From a virus (lineage: Duplodnaviria; Heunggongvirae; Uroviricota; Caudoviricetes): 10,679 nt of DNA. This document shows positions 1 to 5,649 of this stretch, one piece after another (the stretch's first letter is position 1; every line of letters starts with the position of its first letter). The stretch is taken from the IMG/VR virus record IMGVR_UViG_2648501186_000016, one strand, 5' to 3'. Made by a program: the position numbers and the translations under genes. Under the pieces are notes generated by a model that was not told the origin of the DNA, made no database searches, and saw nothing but the letters and a program-made list of their open reading frames with translations.

Positions 1-777
1 AGGGAATCGGGATTCGAAGAAATGCGGCTGCGTCTCGCGCGGATTTGCGGGACTGGTGATGTTCTTGCCGAACATGCAGCCTTTCGCTGTCAGCGACCAG
101 AATTTTTTGATGTTGTTAATCGCGGTACGGCTGTATCGTTCGCGTTGTTCAACGATCCCCAGCTTCGCCATCTGGTGATATGCCTGATTAGCCGTCAGGC
201 GGATACCATACTGTTTCAGCAGTGCACTCAGCGACAGCGTAGGGCGACTTGAGCCATCAGGCGCGTCAGCAGGAGCATCAATGGCATAGCGCGGTGCCAG
301 ATTCGGTAAGCCAACAGCCTCCTGGAGTTTCTGACAGGCACCAAGCACTGAAGAGTTAGACAGGTTTAACTCCCTGCGCATAAAGTCCAGCAGAATCACT
401 CCAGCCTGCATCTTGTCAGCAGCCTGCCCGGATAATTTTTCCGGTGCGCTGGTTACCATATCGAAAGTACGGATCACCTTCAGATGGAATGACGGGCTGA
501 TCCACATTGCATAGGCATACACCAGTTCTTTGCAGACATACGTCCCCTGGTTATTTCCGCCATTAATGACGCTAACTGGTTGATTTTGTTCCAGAGGCGG
601 AATTCCACCCTCGGTGAAAAGTTGTTCAATCAATTCACAGGTTTGCTTATTGGAGAGCCAGTATTTCGGGCGGTTTTTTTGTTCTCCCCCGGCTGCCCTG
701 TGCAGATCGTTCAGGCTGTAACGCCCATAAGCATCACGACGAACTTCAATACCATCAATAACCATCAGATTATTCAT
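1..777 (-). CDS. KilA-N / KilAC-domain phage antirepressor-like protein (Ant/Roi-like); 5' end complete, 3' end runs off the window
   Basis: Absent from the supplied ORF track because it is open to the window edge. My translation of the minus strand from ATG 777-775 gives MNNLMVIDGIEVRRDAYGRYSLNDLHRAAGGEQKNRPKYWLSNKQTCELIEQL...GGNNQGTYVCKELVYAYAMWISPSFHLKVIRTFD, a KilA-N-type signature. It continues ...LSALLKQYGIRLTANQAYHQMAKLGIVEQRERY..., which resembles an antirepressor C-terminal domain. There are 259 sense codons down to base 1. Strong SD: TAAGAGGAGAAACGAAGT directly before the ATG (778-795). Confidence 0.75.
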   Translation of the reverse strand, partial: MNNLMVIDGIEVRRDAYGRYSLNDLHRAAGGEQKNRPKYWLSNKQTCELIEQLFTEGGIPPLEQNQPVSVINGGNNQGTYVCKELVYAYAMWISPSFHLKVIRTFDMVTSAPEKLSGQAADKMQAGVILLDFMRRELNLSNSSVLGACQKLQEAVGLPNLAPRYAIDAPADAPDGSSRPTLSLSALLKQYGIRLTANQAYHQMAKLGIVEQRERYSRTAINNIKKFWSLTAKGCMFGKNITSPANPRETQPHFFESRFP

Positions 778-796
778 ACTTCGTTTCTCCTCTTAA

Positions 797-1624
797 TCAG
801 GCGGCTGCACCCGCCGGTTTCTCATACTTACTGATAGTGATCTCGACCTTCCCTTTCGGGATAACCGGTCCCCACTCCACCAGCATTCTTTTCACCTGTC
901 TGTCGTCTTCCCACACACCCGCGTGGGTCAGGGCGTCAAACAGCGCCTTGTTATAGTTGTCCAGATCGCGGATCCGGTTACCCATCGCAGATACCCAGCC
1001 CGCATAGCGTTTCACACCTTCCAGCATGGTTTCGGGGTTTACCCCCTCATTCAAACGGGCTTTCCAGGCTTTGAAGGCTGCAGATTTTGAATTGCCACCA
1101 GCACGTTTGGGATATGCCAGCCATGCCTGCTCAAACTCCGGAGAGTATTCCGGTCGGTTTGAACGAACTCGCACAGACTCATCAGCAGATGCACCAACAG
1201 CTATTGGTTCATTGACTGGTTCTTTGACTGGTTCAAAAGAGTGACTGGTTCTGGGTGAATCTCCTGCATTACCCCCTGGTGCAACTCCTGCACTACCTGG
1301 TGAATTTGCTGCACCAGATAGTGAATTATTTGCACTACCCCCTAGTGAATCTCCTGCACCATCCAGATGAAGGAGATAGATATTACTTGAGTTACCTTTT
1401 TCACCTTTCCGGGTGACTTTTTTTACCAGCCCGGACTCACAAAGGGCCGCAATATGATTCATCACAGAACGTTTGCTAATCTCGCACTGGTCAGCAATAT
1501 GCTGGTAGCTGGGCCAGCACTCACCCTGATCGCTGGCATTATCAGCCAGCTTGATCAGAACCAGTTTTCGCAATGGATTACCCACTCGAATTTTCATCGC
1601 TTTAACCATCAGCGCCATACTCAT
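797..1624 (-). CDS. Chimeric ORF: winged-HTH replication-initiator-like N-terminus (aa 1-~216) fused in frame to the C-terminal half of a RusA Holliday-junction resolvase (aa ~217-275); probably a deletion product or pseudogene
   Basis: The N-terminus (PLRKLVLIKLADNASDQGECWPSYQHIADQCEISKRSVMNHIAALCESGLVKKV) is a typical HTH of phage replication/DnaD-like initiators. The central YSPEFEQAWLAYPKRAGGNSKSAAFKAWKARLNEGV block is typical of the same proteins. The tail RIRDLDNYNKALFDALTHAGVWEDDRQVKRMLVEWGPVIPKGKVEITISKYE aligns by eye to E. coli RusA [52 protein letters not shown] (recalled). The first ~65 RusA residues are missing. The start overlaps the upstream stop (ATGA at 1621-1624). Confidence 0.7.
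   Translation of the reverse strand: MSMALMVKAMKIRVGNPLRKLVLIKLADNASDQGECWPSYQHIADQCEISKRSVMNHIAALCESGLVKKVTRKGEKGNSSNIYLLHLDGAGDSLGGSANNSLSGAANSPGSAGVAPGGNAGDSPRTSHSFEPVKEPVNEPIAVGASADESVRVRSNRPEYSPEFEQAWLAYPKRAGGNSKSAAFKAWKARLNEGVNPETMLEGVKRYAGWVSAMGNRIRDLDNYNKALFDALTHAGVWEDDRQVKRMLVEWGPVIPKGKVEITISKYEKPAGAAA
1203..1358. repeat. Two iteron-like direct-repeat arrays inside the replication gene (putative ori)
   Basis: Array A is (T/G)TGACTGGTTC at 1212-1222, 1224-1234 and 1241-1251, with a partial copy at 1203-1210. Array B has five ~15-bp repeats, RGTGAAYYTYYTGCA-like, at 1254-1268, 1278-1292, 1299-1313, 1320-1334 and 1344-1358, spaced 24/21/21/24 bp. They lie in the low-complexity linker (GDSLGGSANNSLSGAANSPGSAGVAPGGNAGDSP), analogous to ori-lambda inside gene O. 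Confidence 0.5.
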
Positions 1625-1845
1625 GCTGCACCTCCGAGATGCTTCATGTTTTTTCCGGAGCGAAAGGTTATAAGCGGCATACTGACGCGGTAATTACGGC
1701 CCAGCGGTTCACAAATCACCTTCTGACATTCACGGTCCACCAGGCTAACACGTAGAACATGTCCTGCAGGTGTGGTGTACCACTGACCCGGACGAGGACA
1801 ACGGAAAGTCTGATTGGTAAACCGTTTGAAAATATTCCGGATCAT
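1621..1845 (-). CDS. Small hypothetical phage protein (74 aa), possibly DUF4222-like
   Basis: ORF in the track. Both ends are translationally coupled (ATGA overlaps at 1842-1845 and 1621-1624) within the early-right operon. I recognise no strong motif. Confidence 0.55.
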   Translation of the reverse strand: MIRNIFKRFTNQTFRCPRPGQWYTTPAGHVLRVSLVDRECQKVICEPLGRNYRVSMPLITFRSGKNMKHLGGAA

Positions 1846-2993
1846 TTGCGCCCCCTTACCTCTGAAGGGTTCAGCGACAAATTTATGAGGCAGGCCAGTG
1901 CCGAAGCATCATTAATATAGTCATACAAGCTAACAGCCAGCGGAGATTCGGCTTTTGCCAACATAGGATAAAGCTGCTGCAGCCAGACCTGATGAATTGA
2001 TGAAATGTAGGAACAGAGAACGCTGGCGTTATGTGCAACGTCGCTCGGTACAGCGGGCTTTGAAAGCTGTTTCTCCATCTGGTTAAAGGCATTGATGTAT
2101 GCCTCTTTGAACTGGGCAGCACGTTTACCCGTGAAACCCATAGCAAGAAACGCAAAGCCGTCGCGGGTTATTTGATAGCAAGGTAGTTTGCGGCCTGTGC
2201 AATCGGTGTAATCACTCACCGAAAAATTGCGGGCAGTGAATGATGCGGAACATTCAAGCGTGCGGATCTTTTTCAGTACATCGTCATGACGTTTGGAGAA
2301 GAAGTTGGCAACAGCCAGGGATGAAGTAACAGCCTGACCATCAACGATGGCAATTTCAGGTTGAGTGAGGGTTGGGATCGTAGCCATGATGGCAGCCTCT
2401 TTGGTGATTTTTAATAACTCACCACCAAGGCTTTCCACGACCTTATTGGTGGTGAGACGTACAGGGGTGGAAATACCGGTCACCAAAGAACCCGGCCCAA
2501 CCGAAGTTGGCCCTGCACGCCCCACCATAATTTGGGCGTAATGCTGCTCATGACACAAAAAAACCGCAAGAGCGCGGTTGTGCGCTTTGGTGAATTCCGG
2601 GTTTCCACGCCCGGCACCCGCTTTATAAGGTGCCTGAACAGTGTAACGTCCCGGAATGGCAGAATCAATGTGCTGGTGGTCCTTCACACTCAACAAAATC
2701 ACGCCTGAATTTCCACAAAGGACTAAAGCATTCATGCGGGTAGTCTTTGCGAAGATAGATAACGCGCTGTGTTTCTGGCTCCCAACGAATAACATGAACA
2801 TAAAGTCCTCTTCCGTCACGAAACCAGCGGTTAAGTTCCTGCACAACTCGCCCCCCACAGTCAGGTAAAGTTCTCTGTGGTTACTAACAGCCAGGTGATT
2901 TGGTAATCTGCATTCATGCCGTAACAACAGGTGTGCAGCGACACTGACCACCAGCTGTTGCGACAAACGGTTATTTGCCGTTAAACTGTTCAT
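1842..2993 (-). CDS. Rha-family phage regulatory protein module (aa 203-383) preceded in frame by a 202-aa region of unknown function
   Basis: The C-terminal part MATIPTLTQPEIAIVDGQAVTSSLAVANFFSKRHDDVLKKIRTL...YQITRDGFAFLAMGFTGKRAAQFKEAYINAFNQME is a full Phage_pRha-type domain. It has its own ATG (2387-2385) and SD (AGAGGCTGCCATC-ATG). The upstream ATG at 2993-2991 overlaps the CII-like stop (ATGA) and has GGAG 10 nt upstream. About 606 nt run stop-free, so the N-terminal region is or was coding. An alternative model is a Rha-only CDS at 1842-2387. Confidence 0.6.
   Translation of the reverse strand: MNSLTANNRLSQQLVVSVAAHLLLRHECRLPNHLAVSNHRELYLTVGGELCRNLTAGFVTEEDFMFMLFVGSQKHSALSIFAKTTRMNALVLCGNSGVILLSVKDHQHIDSAIPGRYTVQAPYKAGAGRGNPEFTKAHNRALAVFLCHEQHYAQIMVGRAGPTSVGPGSLVTGISTPVRLTTNKVVESLGGELLKITKEAAIMATIPTLTQPEIAIVDGQAVTSSLAVANFFSKRHDDVLKKIRTLECSASFTARNFSVSDYTDCTGRKLPCYQITRDGFAFLAMGFTGKRAAQFKEAYINAFNQMEKQLSKPAVPSDVAHNASVLCSYISSIHQVWLQQLYPMLAKAESPLAVSLYDYINDASALACLINLSLNPSEVRGRK
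2555..2579 (-). terminator. Intrinsic-terminator-like hairpin inside the 383-aa ORF
   Basis: The minus strand reads AACCGC-GCTCTT-GCGGTT followed by further Ts (7 consecutive T in total, plus-strand A run 2557-2563). It is preceded by two more hairpins on the same strand: CCGGG/CCCGG at 2597-2614 and GGCACC/GGTGCC at 2613-2634. The stem is modest (6 bp), so function is uncertain. Confidence 0.3.
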
Positions 2994-3541
2994 GCGTTAG
3001 TTTCTCCACAGACACAAAACGCCACGACGCCCGGAGCTGCACACTCGCGGGCGTCACTCTTTTCTGGAGCGCAGAAAATTTTGTAGACCAGTGCCGCATG
3101 CTCCTGGAGCTTCGAAATTGACAGATACAATTCATCATTAATTGCTGTCTGCTCGTGTGGCTCCACTACCCCATCTTCGATTGCCGAACGAATCTGCTTT
3201 GAGTAACTCCCGATCTGTTCGATGACTTCCAGCAGGCGCTGGTTTATATCTGCGTTCTCTACTTCCTCAATTTCAGGAAGCGATACAAACACCCCACCAG
3301 CAGACTGTGCGACAGCATCCGCAATGTAGTGAGTGCCAGCAGCACGCTGTAAAATCATTGCCCATCCCAGCGGGAAAATCTGATCGCCATCTGCACGAAG
3401 GCGGTTGAATAAAGCGTTCTCTGTAACATCCAGCCACTCAGCAGCTTCAGCGTAACCCCCCGGCAACGCCGCGATAGTTTTTCTGACAGCTTTCACGTAC
3501 CACTCAGGCTGTTTTTCCACTTTCCAGTGATGATTACCCAC
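2990..3541 (-). CDS. CII-like phage regulatory protein (phage 186 CII / CP76 family-like)
   Basis: 183-aa ORF with a GTG start at 3541-3539, preceded by AGGAGG plus 6 nt, and overlapping the cro-like stop. The pattern ...TENALFNRLRADGDQIFPLGWAMILQRAAGTHYIADAVAQSAGGVFVSLP...INQRLLEVIEQIGSYSKQIRSAIEDGVVEPHEQTAINDEL... matches my recollection of the 186 CII/CP76 architecture. Its position immediately after cro is as expected. Confidence 0.65.
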   Translation of the reverse strand: MGNHHWKVEKQPEWYVKAVRKTIAALPGGYAEAAEWLDVTENALFNRLRADGDQIFPLGWAMILQRAAGTHYIADAVAQSAGGVFVSLPEIEEVENADINQRLLEVIEQIGSYSKQIRSAIEDGVVEPHEQTAINDELYLSISKLQEHAALVYKIFCAPEKSDARECAAPGVVAFCVCGETNA

Positions 3542-3794
3542 GGCTTACCTCCTGTTCCTGTGGTTTAAACCCATTCTGGTTTTGGCTAGATTGAAAACGT
3601 GCCGGATAAAGAATCTGCATTTCGCTGATTTCACCCTTAAAAAAATTGGCCAGACGTTCTGCAAGATCGATAGATGGAATTTGTTCCAGTCTTTCAATAC
3701 GACTCAGCGTCGCTGGATTGACCTGAACGCCAGCAGCAACATGCTGCAAAGTAAATCCGTGCGCCTTACGCACATTCCGTAATGGTGATTGCAT
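3534..3794 (-). CDS. Cro-like XRE-family HTH regulator
   Basis: 86 aa. The HTH is FTLQHVAAGVQVNPATLSRIERLEQIPSIDLAERLANFF. SD GGAGG lies 4-8 nt before ATG 3794-3792. The gene is divergent from the cI-like repressor across a 97-bp operator/promoter region. Confidence 0.8.
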   Translation of the reverse strand: MQSPLRNVRKAHGFTLQHVAAGVQVNPATLSRIERLEQIPSIDLAERLANFFKGEISEMQILYPARFQSSQNQNGFKPQEQEVSRG

Positions 3795-3808
3795 ATGACC
3801 TCCACATA

Positions 3809-3871
3809 TTGCGTGATGAGCATATTATTTCACGCAAATATTTTGCGCAAGTTGATTTGCTTAACGCGCAA
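3809..3871. promoter_or_regulatory. OR-like operator cluster between cro-like and cI-like genes
   Basis: TTGC-N7-GCAA site at 3857-3871 (TTGCTTAACGCGCAA). One-mismatch copy at 3809-3823 (TTGCGTGATGAGCAT). Palindrome TTGCGCAA at 3843-3850. Large inverted repeat TTGCGTGA-N13-TCACGCAA at 3809-3837. The outer sites lie 48 bp apart (2 x 24), matching the 24-bp spacing of the OL-like pair. Confidence 0.55.
3822..3850 (-). promoter_or_regulatory. PR-like promoter for the cro-like operon
   Basis: On the minus strand: TTGCGC (complement of 3845-3850), 17-nt spacer, TAATAT (complement of 3822-3827). It sits about 20-25 nt upstream of the cro-like SD/ATG and overlaps the operator motifs. Confidence 0.5.
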
Positions 3872-3885
3872 TAAAGAAATGTAAT
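3857..3885 (+). promoter_or_regulatory. PRM-like promoter for the repressor gene (predicts a leaderless mRNA)
   Basis: TTGCTT (3857-3862), 17-nt spacer, TGTAAT (3880-3885). The ATG at 3892 lies 7 nt after the -10 and there is no SD before it. The -35 sits inside the TTGC-N7-GCAA site. Confidence 0.4.
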
Positions 3886-3891
3886 AAACGC

Positions 3892-4584
3892 ATGAACATA
3901 GGAAACCGAGTCAGACAACTTCGCCAGGCGAAGAACATGAAAATCGCCGATCTCGCTGAAGCAATAGGAGTGGATGCGGCGAATATCTCACGCCTGGAAA
4001 CAGGTAAGCAGAAACAATTCACTGAACAAGCCCTGAGTAATATTGCCAAGAGCTTAGGTGTTGATATTGCTGATCTCTTTACCTCAGACTTCAAAAGTAA
4101 TACTGTATGTAAAAACAGTATTAGTGAGGATGTTGCGCAGGTGAAGGATGTATTCCGTATTGAAATGCTGGATGTCAGTGCCAGTGCGGGAAATGGCCTT
4201 ATCCAGGGCGGTGATGTCATTGATGTGATTCATGCCATTGAATACAGAACTGATAATGCTGTATCGATGTTTGGTGGACGGCCAGCCAATCACATTAAAG
4301 TTATCAACGTTCGTGGGGACAGTATGTGTCCAACCATTGAGCCAGGAGATCTCATCTTCGTTGATGTCAGTATCAATCAGTTTGATGGAGATGGTATCTA
4401 TGTATTTGGTTTTGATGATAAAATTTATGTCAAACGACTGCAAATGATACCTGACAAACTACTGGTGATTTCTGATAACCAGATTTACCGTGAATGGGGA
4501 ATTACCAGCGAAAATGAACACCGGTTTATGGTCTTTGGAAAGGTCTTAATCAGCCAGTCACAAACCCTTAAGCGACACAATTAA
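3892..4584 (+). CDS. cI-like prophage repressor: N-terminal XRE HTH plus C-terminal S24 (LexA-like) autopeptidase
   Basis: HTH: MKIADLAEAIGVDAANISRLETGKQ. Putative Ala-Gly cleavage site in DVSASAGNG. Ser nucleophile in VRGDSMCPTIEPGDLIFV. Lys in IYVKRL. 230 aa, divergent from the cro-like gene. Confidence 0.9.
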   Translation: MNIGNRVRQLRQAKNMKIADLAEAIGVDAANISRLETGKQKQFTEQALSNIAKSLGVDIADLFTSDFKSNTVCKNSISEDVAQVKDVFRIEMLDVSASAGNGLIQGGDVIDVIHAIEYRTDNAVSMFGGRPANHIKVINVRGDSMCPTIEPGDLIFVDVSINQFDGDGIYVFGFDDKIYVKRLQMIPDKLLVISDNQIYREWGITSENEHRFMVFGKVLISQSQTLKRHN

Positions 4585-4604
4585 CCCTTACCTCCTCATC
4601 AATT

Positions 4605-4629
4605 AGCCACCCAAAGGTGGCTTTTCATT
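4605..4629 (+). terminator. Rho-independent terminator after the repressor gene
   Basis: AGCCACC-CAAA-GGTGGCT (7-bp stem, 4605-4622) followed by TTTTCATT, 21 nt after the TAA at 4582-4584. Confidence 0.7.
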
Positions 4630-4639
4630 ACCCTTTAAA

Positions 4640-4692
4640 TTGCATATCTCGCAACAAAAACACTTGCATAATGCGCAACTTCATTTTATCTT
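4640..4692 (+). promoter_or_regulatory. OL-like operator pair with a candidate PL-like promoter
   Basis: Two perfect TTGC-N7-GCAA sites: TTGCATATCTCGCAA (4640-4654) and TTGCATAATGCGCAA (4664-4678), 24 bp apart centre to centre. Candidate promoter TTGCAT (4664-4669), 17-nt spacer, TATCTT (4687-4692). The exact promoter assignment is uncertain. Confidence 0.45.
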
Positions 4693-5086
4693 TCTTTCCA
4701 GACAAACAAACAAGGTACTAACAAAATTTGGTTGTAACACGGCGTATGGCACATGCGTCGTTAGCGGTCTGGGGACGTTAAAGGGGACAATCCACTCCTT
4801 GCTCGGGCAAACAAACCAGGTAGCCGGAATGTGCAAGTCAATGATGATGCTGATAAGACGCCTAACCAGCGTGGCGATTCGGTTTGACGCCTGGGAAGAG
4901 ACCAGGGTGCAACGATGAGGGCATTTATGGAGCCGCGACAAAGTGTGGTGCCGTAACTGGCTAAGTGCTCTCAGCGTTGTGGTAATCCGCGAAATGGCGC
5001 GGCGGTAAGTATGGCGGGGTTACTCTTTCCCCGTTGAGGACACCGGATTGTCAGGTTGACCATACGCCTGAGTGACAACCCCACCA

Positions 5087-5150
5087 CAACAGCCACTGCT
5101 TTGGCGGTACCAGTTTGTACCCTTGCTTCCGGCTGGTACCGCTCTTTTTA
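5087..5150 (+). ncRNA. dicF: DicF-like sRNA including its terminator hairpin
   Basis: TTTGGCGGTACCAGTTTGTACCC...CTGGTACCGCTCTTTTT resembles my recollection of E. coli Qin DicF (TTTCTGGTGACGTTTGGCGGTATCAGTTTTACTCCGTGACTGCTCTGCCGCCCTTTTT). There is a perfect 10-bp stem GCGGTACCAG (5104-5113) / CTGGTACCGC (5133-5142) followed by TCTTTTTA. The context matches dicF: the repressor-controlled leftward operon of a lambdoid prophage. The 5' end is not determinable from sequence. Confidence 0.55.
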
Positions 5151-5286
5151 CAAAACAGAGAAGAGCATCACCGGACGACGGGCTCATAACCCAATCCATC
5201 CGGGCGGCTGCCACCGCAGGTGTTCTTCTCCGTTTTGTGGAGAAACCAACCGACCTTGCAGGGTCGATATGATGAGGAGCAGCAAA

Positions 5287-5649
5287 ATGGCTAGCGAACG
5301 CAGTACTGATGTGCAGGCATTTATTGGGGAGCTGGACGGCGGCGTATTTGAAACCAAAATCGGCGCAGTTCTCAGTGAAGTCGCTTCCGGTGTGATGAAC
5401 ACGAAAACCAAAGGTAAGGTCTCGCTCAACCTGGAAATCGAACCGTTTGATGAGAATCGTGTGAAAATCAAACACAAACTCTCGTATGTTCGCCCGACTA
5501 ACCGCGGGAAAATTTCCGAAGAAGACACCACCGAAACGCCGATGTATGTCAATCGCGGTGGTCGCCTGACTATTCTGCAGGAAGACCAGGGACAATTACT
5601 GACTCTTGCTGGTGAACCTGACGGAAAACTCCGCGCAGCAGGTCATTAA
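5287..5649 (+). CDS. yfdP: YfdP-like prophage protein (120 aa)
   Basis: MASERSTDVQAFIGELDGGVFETKIGAVLSEVASGVMNTKTKGK... with SD GAGGAG 7 nt upstream of ATG 5287. The track ORF (from TTG 5056) extends upstream through non-protein-like sequence that contains the terminator. In-frame ATG 5269 is an alternative start. Synteny with the yfdQ- and yfdR-like genes supports the call. Confidence 0.75.
   Translation: MASERSTDVQAFIGELDGGVFETKIGAVLSEVASGVMNTKTKGKVSLNLEIEPFDENRVKIKHKLSYVRPTNRGKISEEDTTETPMYVNRGGRLTILQEDQGQLLTLAGEPDGKLRAAGH

Noticed and set aside
22-834. Plus-strand ORFs 22-252 and 580-834
   Set aside because: They are antisense to the KilA-N/antirepressor-like gene, which I translated on the minus strand with clear domain signatures and a strong SD.
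1026-2868. ORFs 1026-1244 (+), 1454-1693 (+), 1883-2155 (-), 2480-2668 (-), 2656-2868 (+)
   Set aside because: They overlap the translationally coupled minus-strand operon in other frames or on the other strand, without motifs or SDs.
3582-4447. Antisense or overlapping ORFs 3582-3782 (+), 3861-4220 (-), 4084-4443 (-), 4232-4447 (+)
   Set aside because: They lie entirely within, and opposite to or out of frame with, the well-supported cro-like and cI-like genes. They have no SD and their composition is typical of shadow ORFs.
4640-4941. ORFs 4640-4918 (+, 92 aa) and 4681-4941 (-, 86 aa) in the leader
   Set aside because: The plus ORF starts inside the operator sites with no SD. Both have odd, low-complexity or Cys/His-rich composition and overlap each other antisense. 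I treat the region as non-coding leader.
4741-5068. 9-bp long-range complement (4741-4749 / 5060-5068) as proof of a closed RNA domain
   Set aside because: About one such 9-mer match is expected by chance in a region this size. I mention it only as a lead within the leader finding, not as evidence on its own.
5056-5286. Upstream 77-codon extension of the yfdP-like ORF (track ORF 5056-5649 starting at TTG)
   Set aside because: The extension (MTIRLSDNPTTTATALAVPVCTLASGWYRSFYK...) is not protein-like and spans the strong 5104-5150 terminator/DicF-like hairpin. A good SD precedes ATG 5287, which gives the expected 120-aa product.
5020-5595. Minus-strand ORFs 5020-5595 and 5184-5552, and the plus ORF 5072-5272
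   Set aside because: These are shadow frames of the yfdP-like gene and leader, with no recognisable motifs or ribosome-binding sites.
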